From positions 1,344,001 through 1,408,000 of the forward strand of contig OY760175.1 of assembly GCA_963663165.1 (NCBI GenBank): a stretch of DNA of 64,000 nucleotides, in the 5' to 3' direction. This stretch comes from an uncultured Desulfospira sp. (GTDB taxonomy: Bacteria > Desulfobacterota > Desulfobacteria > Desulfobacterales > Desulfobacteraceae). Each line of letters begins with the position of its first letter. The first letter of the stretch is position 1. Position numbers and translations under genes: made by a program. The notes beneath the pieces are model-generated. The model was not told where the DNA came from and ran no database searches. It worked only from the letters and a program-made list of their open reading frames with translations. Positions 58,924-64,000 of the stretch are shown here, in pieces.

Positions 58924-61146
58924 TTAGTCCTGTGGGCTTATAAAATTCATTTTCACAGAAATATCCTCGTGATTCTCTGTGGCCACCACTGCTTCCTGGA
59001 CAATAATGGATACGGTTTCCTGATCGGTCTGATCTCCATCACTTACAGAAAAGACAATACGGTGGATTCCAACCTGATCCTCTTTCGGCGTCCAGGAAAA
59101 AAGTCTTGTTTCCGAATTAAATGATGCCCCCTCCGGTAAATTCTCAGCAGAAAAAACCAGCGTATCATACCGGTCACGATCATCGGCCTGAATTTTAAAT
59201 TGAATCAATTCTTCTGCAAGGACACGTTTTGCGCCGATGCCGTTCATTTTGGGAGAAAAGTTGTCTTGGCCTGGTGTAGCTGTTCTAAAATTCTGCTCAT
59301 AATATTCATTTTCATTTCCGGATGCATCCGTGCTGCTCACATGAATTTCAAACCTTTGAATACTTGAAATTTCAGGTAAATTTTCGAGCTTGGCCACATG
59401 GTTTCTTGTTAGGCTAAGATCAATATATTCAGCGTCAGTTCCAGCCGCATATTCAATTTTATAGGCAATTTCTGTTGTTGACAGTTCATCCGTATACCAG
59501 TTAATTGTTGCACTGTTCTCTGATATTTCTGTGACATGGACATCAGTAATGAGTGGTATTTGATTATCTTCACCTGAAGGTGTTTTCACAACAAGAATAT
59601 TGCTTTCAGCACTGCGTTGATCCAATGAATCCCAGGCGATAACTTTATATTCGTAATAACCGTTCGGATTAACACGCTCATCTGAGTAAGACGTTTCTAT
59701 ACTCATATCGATTGGCCATCCGTTTCTGAAAATAACATATCCGGCAAGGTGGTTATCGTCAGACGCAGGGTCCCAGAGGAGAGAAACGCAATCGGATGCA
59801 ATTCTTTCTGCTTTTAGATTTTGAGGCGAAGACGGTGGTTCCATATCCTGCCGGTAATAATTTTCTACAACCAAAAATACATGAATAATCGGTTTTCCCG
59901 GGGAAAAAAGGCCATCCACTTCAGGTTCTGAAACATATAAAATATGCTGCTCATCATCAAATGCCATACCGCCTATACCGGTAAATCGCTGGGTATGATG
60001 GCCGACTCTCTCTATGGAATTAAACATATAGTCATGAAGGTTGAAAACGGCATAAGGCTGAATCTCGTTTGAAGTTAAATCGCCTTGTATTACTTTTGAA
60101 AACAACACCGGATCATAAAACAGCATGGCCGCATAATCCGGATTGGAGTGATATCCTTTTGAACCGTGATCATCAGGCTGCAGGTCGCCATAAGTTTCCA
60201 TTCCGCTTGCAGCGGTCCTGAACCCTTTTGAACCGCCGATGATAATGGCCTGCTTAAAATCAGAAGTCGCCCATACGCCGTCATTCAATTCATCTCTATA
60301 ACTAAAATTAGCAACCGTATAGGGTTTTTCGTATTTCAAAAGTTTTATGGCATTCATGGAACTGCCACTGCGCGGAGATGCCTCTGCGGCCCATGGCTTG
60401 ACCGCATAGAGTGTGGGTCCCAAACTCCCGCCACGGGATCTTCCTGCCACCATGGTATGCCCGTTGATGTAATTTTTTGAAAATTGTTCAGGGATTTTAA
60501 AAAGATACCGGCTGGTGGCATTGGATGCAACATTTCCCAAGTTCCAGACACCCTGGGAGTTTAATTGGGAGAAATCCAGTTCACAGGAGCCAAAGGTCAG
60601 TTCATCATCCGGCGGACAATAATAATTATACATAACCCAGTACAATTTATTCTGCTTTGGCTCGTCTTGGATTTGAACGACTTGAATGTCAGATAATGTC
60701 GGCGTTGTAAGTCCTGAAGACTGCCTACCGCCGGTTATTTCCACAAACCCTTGTAATGTTGTTGCAACCGGCAATTCATCGATATTTTTAGTGGGAGAAA
60801 CAACCGGCTTGGGGATAGAGAATTCTGAAATCATGCTCTTATTTGTTTTTCCATGACTTATCAAAGATCCTGGGAACCCGTCCTGATCACCTGCTGGATC
60901 CCCGTCAGCCCTGAAAGTCATGCCCCTGCCCCCCCCATTCCATTTGGTATCACCGGAAGTTTCGTCTGGCAGTCTGAAAGCACCTAAATAAACAAAATCA
61001 GACGTTGGATTTATCAATCCCAGTTTATCTTCATTGTTATTCGGGGAGGATACTGAAAAATTTATATCCACGCCCTGGGCCGCTAAAGGAGAAACACCGA
61101 TTAAAACACTGATGGCTATTATTAAAATATAAATGACCATTTTCAT
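58924..61146 (-). CDS. Secreted protein with FN3 and Ig-like domains
   Basis: Signal peptide; YLGAFRLP; PPSSPQNL...LWDPASDD...YKVIAWD; C-terminal LPEGASF...FSWTP. Confidence 0.8.
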   Translation of the reverse strand: MKMVIYILIIAISVLIGVSPLAAQGVDINFSVSSPNNNEDKLGLINPTSDFVYLGAFRLPDETSGDTKWNGGGRGMTFRADGDPAGDQDGFPGSLISHGKTNKSMISEFSIPKPVVSPTKNIDELPVATTLQGFVEITGGRQSSGLTTPTLSDIQVVQIQDEPKQNKLYWVMYNYYCPPDDELTFGSCELDFSQLNSQGVWNLGNVASNATSRYLFKIPEQFSKNYINGHTMVAGRSRGGSLGPTLYAVKPWAAEASPRSGSSMNAIKLLKYEKPYTVANFSYRDELNDGVWATSDFKQAIIIGGSKGFRTAASGMETYGDLQPDDHGSKGYHSNPDYAAMLFYDPVLFSKVIQGDLTSNEIQPYAVFNLHDYMFNSIERVGHHTQRFTGIGGMAFDDEQHILYVSEPEVDGLFSPGKPIIHVFLVVENYYRQDMEPPSSPQNLKAERIASDCVSLLWDPASDDNHLAGYVIFRNGWPIDMSIETSYSDERVNPNGYYEYKVIAWDSLDQRSAESNILVVKTPSGEDNQIPLITDVHVTEISENSATINWYTDELSTTEIAYKIEYAAGTDAEYIDLSLTRNHVAKLENLPEISSIQRFEIHVSSTDASGNENEYYEQNFRTATPGQDNFSPKMNGIGAKRVLAEELIQFKIQADDRDRYDTLVFSAENLPEGASFNSETRLFSWTPKEDQVGIHRIVFSVSDGDQTDQETVSIIVQEAVVATENHEDISVKMNFISPQD

Positions 61147-61213
61147 TTTTTCATTCTCCCGGGAATTCGTAATTTAGTTCATTTGGATTTGCCGCAGCAA
61201 ATTAAAAACGAAT

Positions 61214-64000
61214 TTAATTAAAATCCCTGCTACGGGCTTTCAACAATGGCTGAAAACCATTACATTCCGGCACACATGAGCTAACATTTGGCGCTGGGGA
61301 AGCATGGCCTGAATCCGGAATCTGTGTGATATCAAACTTTGGTAAAGATATCTCAACAATGGATCTTTTATAAAGGGGGGAATATTTGGAAATGGACTCC
61401 CCAAGGATACATCTCATCTTCCATAAATCTATTGGGCCAATGGCATTAAACCGGATTGTTCCGGCGTCGGAAAATGAATTTTTAACCACAGTACTTTCTG
61501 CCTCAAGAATATCCATAAGCCACATCCTGATGCAATCCTGGGGAATATTAAAAATCATTTTCAAGATTGACAAATACTCCACATCCTGCTGCCCCCTGCG
61601 AAACGCCTTCAATCTGACAGACGGAATTGGACCATTTTCATCCGGGTAGAATAAGGAAGTTGCTTTCCCCTGAATCCATGTATTTTCATCCCCAATGGTC
61701 TGCCAGGGCAATACCCCGGTTGCTCCGTTGGACCACGCAAAAAGGCTCCATAGAACCGGCTGCAAGTTAGAATCATTAATGGCATTCGCGGTCCCATATT
61801 CAGCAAAATAAGATTTATAATACAGGGACTCATCTTTTTTCATTCTCAATTTCTGAGCATTATTCCCGCCAATATATTCTATATCAACAACGCCTTTGAG
61901 CAGGTCCCGTTCATACTGGCTATAGGAAATATCTCCCCGATACCAGACTTTTGCATCCCCTTTCACAGGCTCAACCGCGGATTTCCACAACAGCCCGAAC
62001 CAGCGAAGCGCCCAGAAGTCCTGGGTATTCATGGGCTCATCAAACAGCCATGGCGCAGAACTCTTATTATCTTTTTTCCGGTAATATATTTTATTGTTAA
62101 GGTAAAATTGGAAATTGGTATTAAACCATTTTTTTTCATTAAGATGAGAGACAAAAAGGGCAAAGGCGGTTTGCAGTTTCTCTGAATATTCCGGTTCAAA
62201 TGCCTCATCTGCCCAATAAGAAGGCCGATAATATTGAAACAGATTTACAGGCCAGTTTTCATTAAAGGGAAGATACATGACATCAACCGGTTCTCCCTTC
62301 CTGGGCAAGTCGTTAAACGCTGAACCGTCCAACAGAGGGGCTGCCATCTCGTCCCAGTGACGCCATTCAAACCGGTCTCCTTTCCACAAAGGAGCAAACG
62401 AAGGGATGCCGTCCCATCCATAGGGTAGCCTGTTTAGGCAGGTACGGTGTTCATGGGCCAAACGATAATATTCATATCCTTTGAAAGGCAAAAAGGTGTC
62501 ATACGTATTCATCTCAGGAACAAATGAAAGTTTGTTTGGAAGGGTAAAGTCCCACACCGTCAAATCGACATCCAGCGCCAGGATATTATTTTCCGATCGA
62601 ACGACAACCATACCCTTTTTTAAGCCTGGTGCTATATCATGTGGGATATAGACTTCCAGTATTAAAGAATGGTTCATCTGCCCCTCTACTCTTGTTTTAC
62701 CGGCTGTTGATGGAATGGAAAAACTCCCCGATGAAGGGATCAGAGGATCCGGGAGTACAGCAAATTTATTGTCTTTATGGTCGATTGTTTTTACATACCC
62801 AAACTCGTATAGCCGTGTGTTTAAATTTGCCTTATCCTTGAATTCGTATGTAACGGATATATTATCACTGTCCCCCTCAACATTGAGCTGAAAGGAGACA
62901 TGTTCATTTTTTGCGCCATAAAGCCGGACCCTTTTTTGTTTCCCGGAAAAAATATGATTTCCACTTTTATAGCCCTTGACTTGAACCGGTATCATCCGGC
63001 CTGATACAGGATCAATTTTATCCAGCACATCAACAACACAAACCTTAAGATTCCCAAGAGCCGGAAGAACCGTATTGGGGGAAAAGGTCTGAACAGCTAC
63101 AGCAGGAAGGCTTATTGGTTTTGGCCCTGATGACAGTTTGATCTTTTGCCTAAAAGGCTTGCTTATATTCCCTGCACCGTCAACGGAACGAATCTGCAAC
63201 GCTATGGTTTGACCGGGAGCAAAGGGCAAATCCTGAATATGCATTTTAACAGGCGCGCCATACTCTTTTGCCATGGGAATTAAATATCTTGGAACTTCTT
63301 TTTTGCCCCCTTCATGCAAATAGTTTACAAAAAAACCGATAGTGCTACTACCGCCGGCATCCCTGGGAGTATTCCAGGAAACCACTGCTTCACCGGCAGG
63401 GAGGCCATTTGTTTCGGTCCTTAACGCCGATACAGGTTCGGGCGGTTCGAAATCTTCGCCATCTGTCCAAATTTCAATCCAGGGGGCATTTTTTTTCTTC
63501 TCTTTGCTGTAGCAAAAGCGGTTAGGAAAATATGAGTATTTAAACTCTCCATTTTTCAATGACCAGATATTCCCAACCTCGTCAAACACACAAAACCCAT
63601 GACTGATTCCGGCAACCCTGGCAGAGACTACCTTTGGGTCAACGGCACAGGTCTGCCAGCCGGAGAAATCAGGCAAGGAGCTTTCCGCAAACCTCCATAT
63701 TGTATTCCCCCGGCCAAAAACAGCATCCAGTATTGTGCTTCCAGGGTATGCCCAATCTTTTTCCAAATATTTTGCCTGAATAAAACAAGAACTTCCTTGT
63801 TGGGGATGATATTTTTTCGAAGTTCCTTCGCCCCATTCACCGGCCAGACTTGAAACCCCCAACCGGGAGAAAGGCAACCCACCAGACGACAAAGACCTAA
63901 AGTGAAGCAACGCTCCGGTTATGATCTTTCCTTTTAGCGGCACAGCATCAATATCTATAAGAATAAACTCCTGCTGCCCCTTCAGCTTTAGCTTTCCTGC
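61214..64000 (-). CDS. Large protein with FN3-like region and DUF4091/GH123-like C-terminus; 5' end outside the window
   Basis: The frame stays open from 63943 to the window edge; GAKNEHVSFQ, VWDFTLP, WLFDEP, PSVRLKAFRRGQQDVEYL. Confidence 0.75.
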   Translation of the reverse strand, partial: AGKLKLKGQQEFILIDIDAVPLKGKIITGALLHFRSLSSGGLPFSRLGVSSLAGEWGEGTSKKYHPQQGSSCFIQAKYLEKDWAYPGSTILDAVFGRGNTIWRFAESSLPDFSGWQTCAVDPKVVSARVAGISHGFCVFDEVGNIWSLKNGEFKYSYFPNRFCYSKEKKKNAPWIEIWTDGEDFEPPEPVSALRTETNGLPAGEAVVSWNTPRDAGGSSTIGFFVNYLHEGGKKEVPRYLIPMAKEYGAPVKMHIQDLPFAPGQTIALQIRSVDGAGNISKPFRQKIKLSSGPKPISLPAVAVQTFSPNTVLPALGNLKVCVVDVLDKIDPVSGRMIPVQVKGYKSGNHIFSGKQKRVRLYGAKNEHVSFQLNVEGDSDNISVTYEFKDKANLNTRLYEFGYVKTIDHKDNKFAVLPDPLIPSSGSFSIPSTAGKTRVEGQMNHSLILEVYIPHDIAPGLKKGMVVVRSENNILALDVDLTVWDFTLPNKLSFVPEMNTYDTFLPFKGYEYYRLAHEHRTCLNRLPYGWDGIPSFAPLWKGDRFEWRHWDEMAAPLLDGSAFNDLPRKGEPVDVMYLPFNENWPVNLFQYYRPSYWADEAFEPEYSEKLQTAFALFVSHLNEKKWFNTNFQFYLNNKIYYRKKDNKSSAPWLFDEPMNTQDFWALRWFGLLWKSAVEPVKGDAKVWYRGDISYSQYERDLLKGVVDIEYIGGNNAQKLRMKKDESLYYKSYFAEYGTANAINDSNLQPVLWSLFAWSNGATGVLPWQTIGDENTWIQGKATSLFYPDENGPIPSVRLKAFRRGQQDVEYLSILKMIFNIPQDCIRMWLMDILEAESTVVKNSFSDAGTIRFNAIGPIDLWKMRCILGESISKYSPLYKRSIVEISLPKFDITQIPDSGHASPAPNVSSCVPECNGFQPLLKARSRDFN

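Noticed and set aside
1..64000. tRNA/rRNA genes, exosortase, prsK/prsR
   Set aside because: None recognised by eye; tRNAscan/Infernal and HMM searches would be needed to be certain.

Overview
The window is bacterial chromosome, probably a Desulfobacteraceae-like deltaproteobacterium (inferred from gene content, e.g. the CysK-CysRS fusion and PEP-CTERM locus). The left end carries housekeeping genes (a partial FAD oxidoreductase, serA, serC, prfC). A PEP-CTERM-associated envelope locus follows: ExeA-OmpA ATPase, two TPR lipoproteins, a LolA-like protein and an AMIN/outer-membrane barrel at 8-18.6 kb, then a ThiF-nitroreductase fusion, an MMPL transporter and two N-acyl amino acid synthase-like enzymes at 39-45.6 kb. 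A ~20-kb accessory hotspot (18.8-39 kb) splits this locus. It holds ISNCY, IS1380 and ISAzo13 elements, a group II intron, a putative DDE+ATPase transposon, three toxin-antitoxin pairs (two broken), ATPase and Uma2 genes and one sigma-54-driven PEP-CTERM gene. The most striking unexplained structure is a 107-bp hairpin-containing repeat ('R', 5 full copies plus 1 partial) that ends in a CGTGGCCCGACCCC-like motif. It separates the cargo genes like cassette boundaries, and all copies point towards the PEP-CTERM gene. One copy was duplicated together with adjacent coding DNA, and another is the homing site of a group II intron whose EBS1 matches it. A separate 90/91-bp two-hairpin mini-element disrupts hicA. 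The right part encodes a cNMP-patatin, the CysK-CysRS fusion with a degenerate KMSKS motif, a giant surface protein behind a G21 tract, a second ISAzo13, a KamA-like radical SAM enzyme and secreted FN3/DUF4091-like proteins. No rRNA, tRNA or CRISPR array was recognised. All family assignments are from motif reading, not database searches.
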